Shown: piece after piece, positions 50,590-60,079 of the stretch
Position numbering within the stretch: the stretch's first letter is position 1
How the letters are laid out: the number at the start of each line of letters is the position of its first letter
Assembly: GCA_050298595.1 (NCBI GenBank)
Contig: JBNKUM010000062.1
Span: 32,001 to 96,000, forward strand
Length of the DNA: 64,000 nt
Direction: 5' to 3'
Origin: Gammaproteobacteria bacterium
GTDB lineage: Bacteria; Pseudomonadota; Gammaproteobacteria; GCA-001735895
The notes under the pieces: model-generated
What the model saw: the letters and a program-made list of their open reading frames with translations, nothing else
Database searches by the model: none
Told to the model about the DNA's origin: nothing
Position numbers and translations under genes: made by a program

Positions 50590-51522
50590 TCAGGCCGAGG
50601 CGTTTTGCTGGCTTTGGATCAGAATTTCCAGCCCCTGTTTTAAGGAGGTTTGTGCAGTGACTCCCAGTTGGTGGTTCATTTTTTCGGTTATTGCAAGTGA
50701 ATGTTGTATATCACCTTCACGAGGCCGATCATGGGTGATCACAGGTTGATTGCCACTAATATCAGATAATACTGAGATCAGGTCTAGTAGTGATGTTTTG
50801 AATCCTGTGGCTATATTACAGGCTCCTTGCGTATCACTTTTTAATGCGGCAACATTCGCCTGAGCGACATCCCCAACATAGATGAAGTCACGAGTTTGTT
50901 CACCATCCCCAAATACGGTCAAGGGTAAATTGCTGGTAATACGATCTACGAATAGAGCGATGACGCCAGCGTATGGTGATTTAGGGTCCTGGCGTGGACC
51001 GAATACATTAAAAAAGCGCTGTCCTAGAGAAGAAACCTGATATAACTCATGATAGAGCGCTGAATATTGTTCATTGACCTGTTTCTCTAATCCGTAAGGG
51101 GAGAGCTGAGTTTTCTCTGCATCTTCAGGCAGAGGGATTTGGCTAGGTTCTCCATAAACTGCTGCAGATGAAGCATAAACCAGTTTTTTTACTTTATGGT
51201 TTTTAACCGCCTCAAGAACATTCAAAAAACCAATGATATTCTGCTGTGCAGAAAATTCAGGATCTTCCAGTGATGCAACCACAGAAACCTGAGCCGCGAG
51301 ATGTAGGCAGTGGCTTACATCCTTCATGCATTCGTTCACCCGTTGTTTGTCGCAGATATCACCTTCGACAAATTCGAGTAATTCGTTTGATTCAGGCAAA
51401 TTGTGTCGAAACCCAGAAGACAGATTGTCCAGAACCTTTACCTGAATACCCTGTGACATTAGCAGATCGGCGGTATGCGACCCAATAAATCCAGCTCCAC
51501 CGGTGATTAACACTTTCTTCAT
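50590..51522 (-). CDS. NAD-dependent nucleotide-sugar epimerase/dehydratase
   Basis: GGAGFIGSH, HLAA, ASSAAVYG, YGLEK (YxxxK), FNVFGPRQDP, QTRDFIYV. Confidence 0.93.
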   Translation of the reverse strand: MKKVLITGGAGFIGSHTADLLMSQGIQVKVLDNLSSGFRHNLPESNELLEFVEGDICDKQRVNECMKDVSHCLHLAAQVSVVASLEDPEFSAQQNIIGFLNVLEAVKNHKVKKLVYASSAAVYGEPSQIPLPEDAEKTQLSPYGLEKQVNEQYSALYHELYQVSSLGQRFFNVFGPRQDPKSPYAGVIALFVDRITSNLPLTVFGDGEQTRDFIYVGDVAQANVAALKSDTQGACNIATGFKTSLLDLISVLSDISGNQPVITHDRPREGDIQHSLAITEKMNHQLGVTAQTSLKQGLEILIQSQQNASA

Positions 51523-51624
51523 AGTTTTTACCCCAAAATTAGAGATGAATAATAGCAGTGATTGAGGTGAATTTTGTGGCGCAATTAATATATTTGAAAA
51601 GTTTCAAAACTGTCAGATTTTTTC

Positions 51625-51653
51625 TTGACAGTTGCCAGTCTCGCCATTAAAGT
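51625..51653 (+). promoter_or_regulatory. Sigma70 promoter of the tRNA-Ala/tRNA-Glu operon
   Basis: TTGACA-17 bp-TAAAGT followed by the GC-rich discriminator ACGCGC. Confidence 0.8.
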
Positions 51654-51667
51654 ACGCGCTCTCTCGA

Positions 51668-51743
51668 GGGGCCATAGCTCAGCTGGGAGAGCGCAACACT
51701 GGCAGTGTTGAGGTCGGCGGTTCGATCCCGCCTGGCTCCACCA
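51668..51743 (+). tRNA. tRNA-Ala (GGC)
   Basis: GGGGCCATAGCTCAGCTGGGAGAGCGCAACACTGGCAGTGTTGAGGTCGGCGGTTCGATCCCGCCTGGCTCCACCA. Confidence 0.97.
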
Positions 51744-51768
51744 AACAAGCTTTGGCTTGAGAAACAGT

Positions 51769-51845
51769 GTCCCCATCGTCTAGTCGGCCTAGGACACCGC
51801 CCTTTCACGGCGGTAACAGGGGTTCGAATCCCCTTGGGGACGCCA
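51769..51845 (+). tRNA. tRNA-Glu (TTC)
   Basis: GTCCCCATCGTCTAGTCGGCCTAGGACACCGCCCTTTCACGGCGGTAACAGGGGTTCGAATCCCCTTGGGGACGCCA. Confidence 0.97.
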
Positions 51846-51854
51846 CTATCAAAG

Positions 51855-51884
51855 AAAAAGAGGCAATTTTGCCTCTTTTTTTTT
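51855..51884 (+). terminator. Terminator of the tRNA operon
   Basis: AAAAAGAGGCAA-TT-TTGCCTCTTTTT plus a T run. Confidence 0.85.
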
Positions 51885-52014
51885 ACCTGTTTTTTAATCT
51901 AAGTCAACGAAGTCGTAAAGTGAAAATGTTTATATATTCAAATTTTTGCTTACGATGTGAGACCATGTACAATCATGGGCTTTAAACCTGATATTTTTCC
52001 AATCATTCTCTAAT

Positions 52015-52887
52015 ATGTTCCCAGAAGGTGTAAATAAATACCTCAGTGATACTCGAATTATATTTACTTCGACAATATTACTGATGGCTATAGCCGCTTA
52101 TCAGCTGTCTTTAGTGGTATGGAAAATTATTCCTCAGCCCGATGTGGGAAATAGTATAATTCTGCCTCAGAAATCATCAGGACAGGGAGTTCAGGCTGGT
52201 GTTCCAACTAGCCAAAAGGTCAGGGAAATTATCAGCAAAAATATTTATGGTCAGGTGCAGCAGCAGGTAAATACCAAAGTTGTTGTGGAAGATGCACCTA
52301 AAAGTTCTTTAAGCTACAAGCTAAGAGGTGTTTATTATTCAGCCGATGAGTCGCTGGCTTCTATCATTCTCCAGAAAAACAGTAACACCACCAGATTTTA
52401 TCGATTGGGTGACGAGATTGATAAGAACATATTTATTCATCAAATACAGCCCAATCATGTGATAATTTCTCGCTTGGGCAAGCTTGAGAAGCTGGTACTT
52501 GAAAAGCCAGAGTTAGATTTGAAAAAGCTTGCTACTGATCGTGGCCGACCACTTAATAATTTGCCGACTTCTCCTGCAAGTGTGGTGTTGCAGAGTTATC
52601 GTAGAAGGTATTCTAACAACCCTATGGCTCTGGCCAGGCGCTTTCAGGCGATACCCGTACAGGAAAATGGTAAGAACGTCGGCTACAAGTTGAAGGCGTT
52701 GCGTGGCGAACAATTATTGAAAAAGTTAAATTTACAGGATGATGATGTTTTTGTTGCGATCAATGGAATTGGTCTGGATAAGCCGTTTCAGGCTTTAGAT
52801 GCCTTGAAATCTTTAACTACTGCTAAAGATGTTTCTCTGACTGTTATACGAAATGGTAACAGAGAGACTCTGGATTTTAATTTATAA
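52015..52887 (+). CDS. gspC: Type II secretion protein C (with PDZ domain)
   Basis: N-terminal TM; APKSSLSYKLRGV HR domain; PDZ DVFVAINGIGL; first gene of the gsp operon. Confidence 0.88.
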   Translation: MFPEGVNKYLSDTRIIFTSTILLMAIAAYQLSLVVWKIIPQPDVGNSIILPQKSSGQGVQAGVPTSQKVREIISKNIYGQVQQQVNTKVVVEDAPKSSLSYKLRGVYYSADESLASIILQKNSNTTRFYRLGDEIDKNIFIHQIQPNHVIISRLGKLEKLVLEKPELDLKKLATDRGRPLNNLPTSPASVVLQSYRRRYSNNPMALARRFQAIPVQENGKNVGYKLKALRGEQLLKKLNLQDDDVFVAINGIGLDKPFQALDALKSLTTAKDVSLTVIRNGNRETLDFNL

Positions 52888-54818
52888 TGGCTATGGATTT
52901 TTCGTTGGTCAGGTTGATTTCACCTATGTTTTTTCGCTGTCTTGTATTTGTTACGGCCTTGTTTGTAACCACGTTTTCTTATGCAGAGGATGTAACTCTG
53001 AATTTTAGTGACGCTGATCTGACCGCCGTGGTCAATAGCGTTTCTCATATCACCGGAAAAAATTTCATTATTGATCCTCGCGTTAAAGGAAAGGTCACCG
53101 TTATTTCGTCTAAACCGCTAAACGAGGATGAAGTCTATAACGTGTTCCTGTCTATTCTGCAGGTTCATGGGTTTGCCACGGTACCAACGAAAAATGCCAT
53201 TAAAATTATTCCTGATGCTGCAGCGAAACAGGATTCAGCACCGGTAGTCAATTCATCTTATGCCAGTAATGATCAACTGGTGACCCAGGTGATCGAGGTA
53301 AATAATGTCAATGCAACTCAACTGGTTCCGATATTGCGCCCGCTGGTTGCTCAGCAGGGTCATTTGGCAGCTTACGCACAAACTAATGTCCTAATCGTTT
53401 CGGATCGTGCATCCAATATCAAACGCGTTTTGAAGATCATTAAGCAGGTTGATAAAAAGGTCGATGAAGAACTTGAAGTTGTTAAATTAGAACATGCCTT
53501 TGCCGCAGAAGTGGTTCGACTGTTAAGCGGTTTGAGCAGTGGCGATACGCCTCAAAATAAGGGAGCAGCGCCATCAATAAAATTTACTGCTGATGAGAGA
53601 ACCAATAGTGTCCTACTTAGCGGGGAGAAGAATTTACGTCGCAAATATCGCTCAATTATCACCAAATTAGATAGGCCGGTGGAGTCTACTGGAGACATTC
53701 ACGTTGTTTATTTGCGTTATGCAAGTGCAGAAAACATTGCCAAAATTTTAGGTAGTGTTGGTAAGGATGTGTTGAATGCACAAAAGAAAAATGCCGATGT
53801 GTCAAAGTCTTCAGGGGATACTGCTGTAAATATTCAGGCTGATGAGGTTTCTAATGCTCTGGTGATTACTGCCCCTATGTCCATTTTTAAATCCCTCAGG
53901 ACTGTCATTCAGCAACTGGATATTCCGCGTGCACAGGTGCATATAGAAGCAATCATTGCAGAAGTTTCTATGAATGCGTCGAATGAACTCGGTGTGCAAT
54001 GGTTGATTGATGACACATCAACTAATGGGCCCGCCTTAGCAACTAACTTTTCGGGAACTGGTTCCAGCATAACCTCAATTGCAGCCGGTGTTGCATCCGG
54101 TTCGGGTGCTAGTGTAGGGGAAGGTCTTTCTCTCGCGCTTGGCAGGATTGGAGAGTCATCGCTTGATTTTGTAACTTTGATCAGAGCGTTAGCTGGAGAT
54201 TCAGATAATAACCTGCTGTCAACACCTTCAATTGTCACGCTCGATAATCAGGAGGCAGAGTTTATTGTGGGTCAAAATGTGCCTTTCATTACAGGTGAAT
54301 ATACGACTTCAACTTCCGGAACTTCAAGTTCTAACCCATTTAGAACCGTCGAAAGAAAGGATGTGGGTATTAGTCTTAAGGTTAAGCCACAGATCAATGA
54401 AGGGAATACCATTACCATGGAAATTGCACAGGAGGTTTCTAATCTGGATGGAGCAAGCACTGGGGTCGATGTCATCACCAGTAAACGGTCATTGAAAACG
54501 ATGGTGCAGTTACAGGATGGTGAGCTGTTGATTCTTGGTGGACTGATAGACGATACCCTGGTTGAAAGACAACAGAAAGTGCCGGGGCTTGGTGACATCC
54601 CTATCTTAGGAGCCTTATTTCGGTCATCGACTATGGAGAAGACTAAGCGTAATTTAATGATTTTTTTACGCGCCAGCATTATCAAAGATCCAGAAAAGGC
54701 ACGTAACCTGAGTTATAAAAAATATAACTCGCTGAGAGATTACCAATTGCTGCGAGCTGAGGAAAATGGCAACAATCCTCCAGTGCTCGAACAAATTCAA
54801 TTATATAGTGATCAATAA
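52887..54818 (+). CDS. gspD: Type II secretion secretin
   Basis: LNFSDADL, FIIDPRVKGKV, LDIPRAQVHIEAIIAE, VGQNVP, KVPGLGDIPILGALF. Confidence 0.96.
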   Translation: MAMDFSLVRLISPMFFRCLVFVTALFVTTFSYAEDVTLNFSDADLTAVVNSVSHITGKNFIIDPRVKGKVTVISSKPLNEDEVYNVFLSILQVHGFATVPTKNAIKIIPDAAAKQDSAPVVNSSYASNDQLVTQVIEVNNVNATQLVPILRPLVAQQGHLAAYAQTNVLIVSDRASNIKRVLKIIKQVDKKVDEELEVVKLEHAFAAEVVRLLSGLSSGDTPQNKGAAPSIKFTADERTNSVLLSGEKNLRRKYRSIITKLDRPVESTGDIHVVYLRYASAENIAKILGSVGKDVLNAQKKNADVSKSSGDTAVNIQADEVSNALVITAPMSIFKSLRTVIQQLDIPRAQVHIEAIIAEVSMNASNELGVQWLIDDTSTNGPALATNFSGTGSSITSIAAGVASGSGASVGEGLSLALGRIGESSLDFVTLIRALAGDSDNNLLSTPSIVTLDNQEAEFIVGQNVPFITGEYTTSTSGTSSSNPFRTVERKDVGISLKVKPQINEGNTITMEIAQEVSNLDGASTGVDVITSKRSLKTMVQLQDGELLILGGLIDDTLVERQQKVPGLGDIPILGALFRSSTMEKTKRNLMIFLRASIIKDPEKARNLSYKKYNSLRDYQLLRAEENGNNPPVLEQIQLYSDQ

Positions 54819-54846
54819 ATGTGATGGTATTTACTAAAGAGGATAA

Positions 54847-56337
54847 TTGATCATCATGGAACAAAAATCAGCATTGTCTTACGCTTTTTCCAAAAAGTTT
54901 GGTGTGTTATTTCGCCCTAACGAAGATTCACAGGCTGTGAGCGGACAGACACTGGCATTAAAAAAAGAGGCGACAATAAGCGCTTTTATCGAAGCACAGA
55001 GAGTACATGGCGTTGTACATAACTTATCTCTTATTTCTGACCAGGAATTTAATGATGAGATTAGTCGCCAGTTTGAACTTTCCTCAAATAATTCAATTTT
55101 AACCAATGAACAATTGGGTGGTGAGCTGAATTTAAAGGATGTTGCCCGAGAATTATCCGAACCGGAAGATTTACTGGAAAGTGATGATGATGCGCCCATA
55201 ATCCGTTTGATTAATGCATTGATTACTGAAGCTATCAAGGAAAATGCATCGGATATTCATGTTGAACCCTTCGAAACACGTCTTTGTATTCGCTTTCGTA
55301 TAGACGGCGTATTGCGTGAGGTTATAGAGCCACCCAGACAGGTAGCTGGTTTGTTGGTCTCTCGTATCAAGGTTATGGCAAAACTGGATATTGCAGAAAA
55401 ACGCTTGCCTCAGGATGGTCGTATTGCCTTACGTATCGCGGGCCGTCCAGTGGATATCCGTGTTTCAACGTTGCCATCAGGTCATGGTGAACGTGTTGTA
55501 ATGCGACTTCTCGATAAACAGGCCGGTCGATTAAATCTGCGGCATCTGGGGATGGGGGATGACGATGAAAAACGCCTGAGAAAAATGATCCAGAAGCCGC
55601 ATGGTATTATTCTGGTTACTGGCCCAACTGGCTCAGGTAAAACCACTACTCTATATGCTGTATTAAGCGCCTTAAACAATAGTAAACGCAACATTTTAAC
55701 AGTAGAAGATCCTATTGAATATGACCTGGATGGTATCGGCCAAACACCGGTAAATGCCAAGGTCAATATGACCTTTGCCAAGGGTTTGAGAGCGATTCTA
55801 CGTCAGGATCCGGATGTGGTCATGGTGGGTGAGATTCGCGATGGCGAAACGGCACAAATCGCTGTTCAGGCGAGTTTGACCGGTCACCTGGTATTGTCCA
55901 CTTTGCACACCAATTCAGCGGTTGGTGCAATAACCCGCTTGCAGGATATGGGGATTGAGCCATTCCTGCTGTCCTCCAGTTTACTGGGCATTATGTCCCA
56001 GCGTCTAGTGCGTAATTTATGCCCAGATTGTAAACAACCCATGCCTTTGTCTGATGAAGAAAAAATAAAGTATTCCATATCTGACACTGATACGGTTTTC
56101 CAACCTGCAGGATGTAATAGCTGCTTGCAGTTAGGATATAAAGGGCGCTCGGGGATTTATGAATTGATCGATATCGATAGTCAGTTAGCGACCATGATTC
56201 ACGACCAGGAGAGCCAGCAAAATATTGAAACCTATTGCCGTTCTCAATCCGGTGGTATTGTTAATGATGGTTTACGTAAGGTGAAGTTAGGGATCACCTC
56301 GTTGGATGAGGTTTTTCGTGTTACACGTGAAGTTTAG
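54847..56337 (+). CDS. gspE: Type II secretion ATPase
   Basis: ASDIHVEP, LDIAEKRLPQDG, GPTGSGKTT, LRQDPD, tetra-Cys; TTG at 54847 or ATG at 54856. Confidence 0.97.
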   Translation: MIIMEQKSALSYAFSKKFGVLFRPNEDSQAVSGQTLALKKEATISAFIEAQRVHGVVHNLSLISDQEFNDEISRQFELSSNNSILTNEQLGGELNLKDVARELSEPEDLLESDDDAPIIRLINALITEAIKENASDIHVEPFETRLCIRFRIDGVLREVIEPPRQVAGLLVSRIKVMAKLDIAEKRLPQDGRIALRIAGRPVDIRVSTLPSGHGERVVMRLLDKQAGRLNLRHLGMGDDDEKRLRKMIQKPHGIILVTGPTGSGKTTTLYAVLSALNNSKRNILTVEDPIEYDLDGIGQTPVNAKVNMTFAKGLRAILRQDPDVVMVGEIRDGETAQIAVQASLTGHLVLSTLHTNSAVGAITRLQDMGIEPFLLSSSLLGIMSQRLVRNLCPDCKQPMPLSDEEKIKYSISDTDTVFQPAGCNSCLQLGYKGRSGIYELIDIDSQLATMIHDQESQQNIETYCRSQSGGIVNDGLRKVKLGITSLDEVFRVTREV

Positions 56338-56354
56338 TTTCAGGGAGCAGAATT

Positions 56355-57566
56355 TTGGCGGCCTATGAATACCTTGCTTTTGATCTCAAAGGTTCTCGTA
56401 AAAAGGGACTGATTGAGGCTGATACCGAAAAACAGGCTCGGCAACAGATACGAGGAATGGGGCTGTCTCCAGTTGAGTTGGAGGTTGTGTCTCAACAGCA
56501 GGATAACAAGTCGGGCAAAACCCGACGCGATAAAATCTCAGTTGCCACGCTGTCGTTGATAACCCGTCAGTTATCGACCCTGATCAGCGCAGGGCAGCCC
56601 ATTGAATCAGCCATTCATGCTGTCTCAAAGCAAACCAATAAAGCACAGGCTGGCAAAGTATTACTGTCTATCCGCTCCCGTGTATTGGAAGGCTATGCCT
56701 TATCAGAGGCTTTACGTGATTTCCCTCGCGTTTTTGATGCGATGTACTGTGCCTCGGTTCATGCGGGTGAGCAATCTGGGTTGCTCGATGTGGTTATGGA
56801 GCGATTAGCCGATTTTATGGAATCACGCCAATCACTACAGCAAAAAACCAAGCTAGCCCTGATCTATCCCATATTACTTACTGTGGTTTCACTGTTATTG
56901 GTGAGTGGGCTATTGACCTTTGTTGTGCCACAGATTATTCAGGTGTTTGAGGGTTTTGATCAGGAGTTGCCTGTTATTACTCAGGTATTGATTCATGTGT
57001 CAGATTTCTTTAAAGCTTATGGGCTACAGTTGATTGTATCCATAATGCTGTTTTCTGTAGCTTACTCGAGGCTGATGCAAATTCGTGTGCTGAAAGAACT
57101 CAGAGATCGTTTTTACCTCAAATTACCGATGATTAGTTATCTGGTTCGTTTATCCAATACCTCACGTTTTACACGTACTATGAGCATACTGGTATCCAGT
57201 GGCGTACCGGCCCTGGATGCAATGAATATTTCAACCGAGGTACTGAGTAATAGTCTGATCAACCACAGTGTACAACTGGCTGCGGAGAGTGTACGCGAGG
57301 GAGCCAGTATCTCTGAGGCATTAACCAAGACGGGTTATTTCAGTCCCCTGGTGATCCAGTTGATCTCAAATGGTGAGGCAGGCGGTAAGCTGGGCGAGAT
57401 GCTGGAGAGATCAGCCAAGGCGGAAGAGAGTGAGTTTGAGAGTATCACTGCTGTTTTTCTGGGTGTTTTCGAGCCAGCAATGATTCTGGTGATGGGTGGT
57501 GCTGTACTGGTTATTGTATTGGCTATCCTGTTACCGATCTTTGATATGAATGACTTGATTCAGTAA
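56355..57566 (+). CDS. gspF: Type II secretion inner membrane protein F
   Basis: TRQLSTLISAG, AGEQSG, ALIYP, EPAMILVMG, AILLPI. Confidence 0.96.
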   Translation: MAAYEYLAFDLKGSRKKGLIEADTEKQARQQIRGMGLSPVELEVVSQQQDNKSGKTRRDKISVATLSLITRQLSTLISAGQPIESAIHAVSKQTNKAQAGKVLLSIRSRVLEGYALSEALRDFPRVFDAMYCASVHAGEQSGLLDVVMERLADFMESRQSLQQKTKLALIYPILLTVVSLLLVSGLLTFVVPQIIQVFEGFDQELPVITQVLIHVSDFFKAYGLQLIVSIMLFSVAYSRLMQIRVLKELRDRFYLKLPMISYLVRLSNTSRFTRTMSILVSSGVPALDAMNISTEVLSNSLINHSVQLAAESVREGASISEALTKTGYFSPLVIQLISNGEAGGKLGEMLERSAKAEESEFESITAVFLGVFEPAMILVMGGAVLVIVLAILLPIFDMNDLIQ

Positions 57567-57568
57567 GC

Positions 57569-58159
57569 ATGTCGCCACGTCAGTTACAGTGGGTTCCAGT
57601 ATTGATATTGGTTATGGTAATGCTTGTATTTCAACTCATTGGGCCGGAGCTTTTACGTTACGATACCGCGCTAATACATCAACAGCAGTGGTGGCGATTT
57701 TTGACAGGTCACTGGGTGCATGCCAACTGGGTGCATTATGCATTAAATATGACGGGGTTTGTTCTGTGTGTTGCACTCACTGAAACTGGATGGAAACTCG
57801 TTCAATGGATTTTGCGGATACTACTATTGGCATTGGGTATATCCATTGCGTTCTGGTTGTTGCAACCCAAAATGGGCTGGTACGTTGGATTTTCCGGCGT
57901 ATTGTTTGGTCTATACGTTTTGTGTGCAATTACCTCCTGGCCACAACAGAAGGTCATGTCATCAATTTTGTTAAGTATTATTGCTCTAAAATTAATATTA
58001 GATTTATGGTCATCTGTTAAAATCACCTCTGATGAACTGATCGGTATACCGGTGCTGGTTGAAGCTCATTTGTATGGGGTGATTACAGCACTTATCATAG
58101 AAATGTTTTTTTTATCGATTAAATTACTACCTTTTACTAAACAGACAGGAAATTCATGA
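57569..58159 (+). CDS. Rhombosortase (rhomboid-family intramembrane protease)
   Basis: QWWRFLTGHWVH, HYALN, catalytic YVGFSG, VEAHLYG. Confidence 0.85.
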   Translation: MSPRQLQWVPVLILVMVMLVFQLIGPELLRYDTALIHQQQWWRFLTGHWVHANWVHYALNMTGFVLCVALTETGWKLVQWILRILLLALGISIAFWLLQPKMGWYVGFSGVLFGLYVLCAITSWPQQKVMSSILLSIIALKLILDLWSSVKITSDELIGIPVLVEAHLYGVITALIIEMFFLSIKLLPFTKQTGNS

Positions 58160-58587
58160 TTAAGCGTCAATCTGGTTTTACCCTTTTAGAGATTATTGTT
58201 GTTATCACTATTATCGCAATACTTGCCGCCTATATTGCACCCAAAGTGGCCGGGCGTGCAGATGATGCACGTATCAGTAAAGTTAAGAATGATATACAGG
58301 TGCTGGAGTCAGCGCTGGAACTTTATCGCCTGGATAACTTCACCTATCCCTCTACAGAGCAGGGCTTACAGGCACTGGTTACTCAGCCGAGCGAAGAAGT
58401 TAAAAACTGGAAATCGGGTGGCTATGTCAAAAAGCTGCGTAAAGATCCATGGGGCAACGACTATCAGTATGCTAAACCCGGTCGTGAAGGAGCTGAAATA
58501 GAGATATTTTCCTTTGCAGCTGATGGCAAGGAAGGTGGAACGGGTTCGGATGCTGATATCGGTACCTGGAATCTAGATTCCCTTTAA
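58156..58587 (+). CDS. gspG: Major pseudopilin
   Basis: G|FTLLE prepilin site; ALELYRLDN, YPSTEQGLQALV, DPWGNDYQY. Confidence 0.97.
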   Translation: MIKRQSGFTLLEIIVVITIIAILAAYIAPKVAGRADDARISKVKNDIQVLESALELYRLDNFTYPSTEQGLQALVTQPSEEVKNWKSGGYVKKLRKDPWGNDYQYAKPGREGAEIEIFSFAADGKEGGTGSDADIGTWNLDSL

Positions 58588-58596
58588 GCCAAAATC

Positions 58597-59109
58597 ATGA
58601 AAACGCAGCGCGGCTTCACTATTCTTGAAATTCTGGTAGTGGTGGCCGTAATCTCGATCATTACGTCTACGATATTATTGAATACCAATTTAAGTCGTCC
58701 AGAAGAAGCGCTTAAGCAACATATCAGTCGTGTGAGTAAGACACTCAAGATGTTAATGCAGGAAGCCATTCTGAATGATGTCAATTACGCCCTGTCTCTG
58801 GTTCCCGGTGGTTATCTTGTGCTTGAATTTACAGGTGAAGAATTTGTAGCCAGTGAAGATAAGTTCCTGAAAAAACTGGCAAATCAGTATTCTTATAGCG
58901 ACGAACTGATCATTAACAATCAGATTGTAAAAGTCGAAAAAAAGGGAAAAGACGAAAAACCTGATCCACATATACTTATCTTATCCAGCGGTGAAATGAC
59001 ACCTTTTGAATGGCATGTTTCAGATCAGAAAAATGAATTAAATAGTGTCATCAAAGGGAATATGCTGGGTGATATCAGTAGCGAAGGCCCGGCGGTGTCG
59101 CTTAAATGA
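58597..59109 (+). CDS. gspH: Minor pseudopilin H
   Basis: QRG|FTILE; PHILILSSGEMTPF. Confidence 0.9.
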   Translation: MKTQRGFTILEILVVVAVISIITSTILLNTNLSRPEEALKQHISRVSKTLKMLMQEAILNDVNYALSLVPGGYLVLEFTGEEFVASEDKFLKKLANQYSYSDELIINNQIVKVEKKGKDEKPDPHILILSSGEMTPFEWHVSDQKNELNSVIKGNMLGDISSEGPAVSLK

Positions 59110-59474
59110 ATCGCCAGTTCAGTAGCGGCTTTACTCTTATAGAGATCATGGTGGCTTTAGCCATCATCACTATAACGCTGGGTGCAATTATAGAAAATAC
59201 AACGGCTGCCAATATCAACGCGCAATATCTACGCGACAAAACCGTCGCTGGCTGGATTGCGATGAATCAAATCTCTCTGGTTCGAGCGAAGAGGCAATGG
59301 AGCAGTGCCTCAAGCAAATCGGGCGAAGTAGAGATGGCCGGACAACAATGGCAGTGGAAAATTAATTTTGTTAAAACAGATGATGCGAATATTCGGCGCT
59401 TGAATGTTCAGGTTTTTAAACTTGATGATGAAAAACCGGTTGTGACGATGTCGGGATTTATGGGTAATCTGTGA
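59106..59474 (+). CDS. gspI: Minor pseudopilin I
   Basis: G|FTLIEIMVALAI; LRDKTVAGWIAMN; EMAGQQWQW. Confidence 0.92.
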   Translation: MNRQFSSGFTLIEIMVALAIITITLGAIIENTTAANINAQYLRDKTVAGWIAMNQISLVRAKRQWSSASSKSGEVEMAGQQWQWKINFVKTDDANIRRLNVQVFKLDDEKPVVTMSGFMGNL

Positions 59475-60079
59475 AAAAGGTACGTAACTTAGTCACTGGT
59501 TTCACCTTGTTTGAAGTGCTGATCGCCGTGAGCATATTCGCCCTGATTAGCACCATTGCGATGACTAATCTTATTCAGGTTGGTCGAGCAGGAGAAAGAA
59601 TCAGTAACGCTCAGCAACGCCTGTCCGATATCCAGTTTGCGATGGCCTATATGGCAAAGGATATGACGCAGATGATCAACCGTAAAGTTCGCGATCAATA
59701 TGGCGATGAGCAGAATCAATTTGTGCTGTCAGATAATGTGCTTCAGTTTACCCATACAGGTTGGGCGAACCTGTTGCAGCAAACTCGTAGCCAACTTCAA
59801 CGTGTAGCGTACCGGCTGGAAGATGAAAAGCTATTACGAGAATACTGGCTACAACTCGATCAAGGGTATACTTCTAAACCTATTCAACAGTCATTACTTG
59901 ATGGAGTAGAAAAATTTGAAGTTCGGTTAATCACAACGGGTAATGATAAACTCGAAGCCTGGCCACCTGACGTGGGGGCAGCTTCTACGTCGCCTCCAGT
60001 TGCGGTTGAGGTTTCTATCGAAATGAAAGATTTTGGTCTGGTGAGTCGCGTCTATGAGGTCAGCAATGTGTTTGATTAG
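59471..60079 (+). CDS. gspJ: Minor pseudopilin J
   Basis: G|FTLFEVLIA; GWAN, RSQLQRVAYRL, LLREYW, PVAVEV. Confidence 0.92.
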   Translation: MKKVRNLVTGFTLFEVLIAVSIFALISTIAMTNLIQVGRAGERISNAQQRLSDIQFAMAYMAKDMTQMINRKVRDQYGDEQNQFVLSDNVLQFTHTGWANLLQQTRSQLQRVAYRLEDEKLLREYWLQLDQGYTSKPIQQSLLDGVEKFEVRLITTGNDKLEAWPPDVGAASTSPPVAVEVSIEMKDFGLVSRVYEVSNVFD

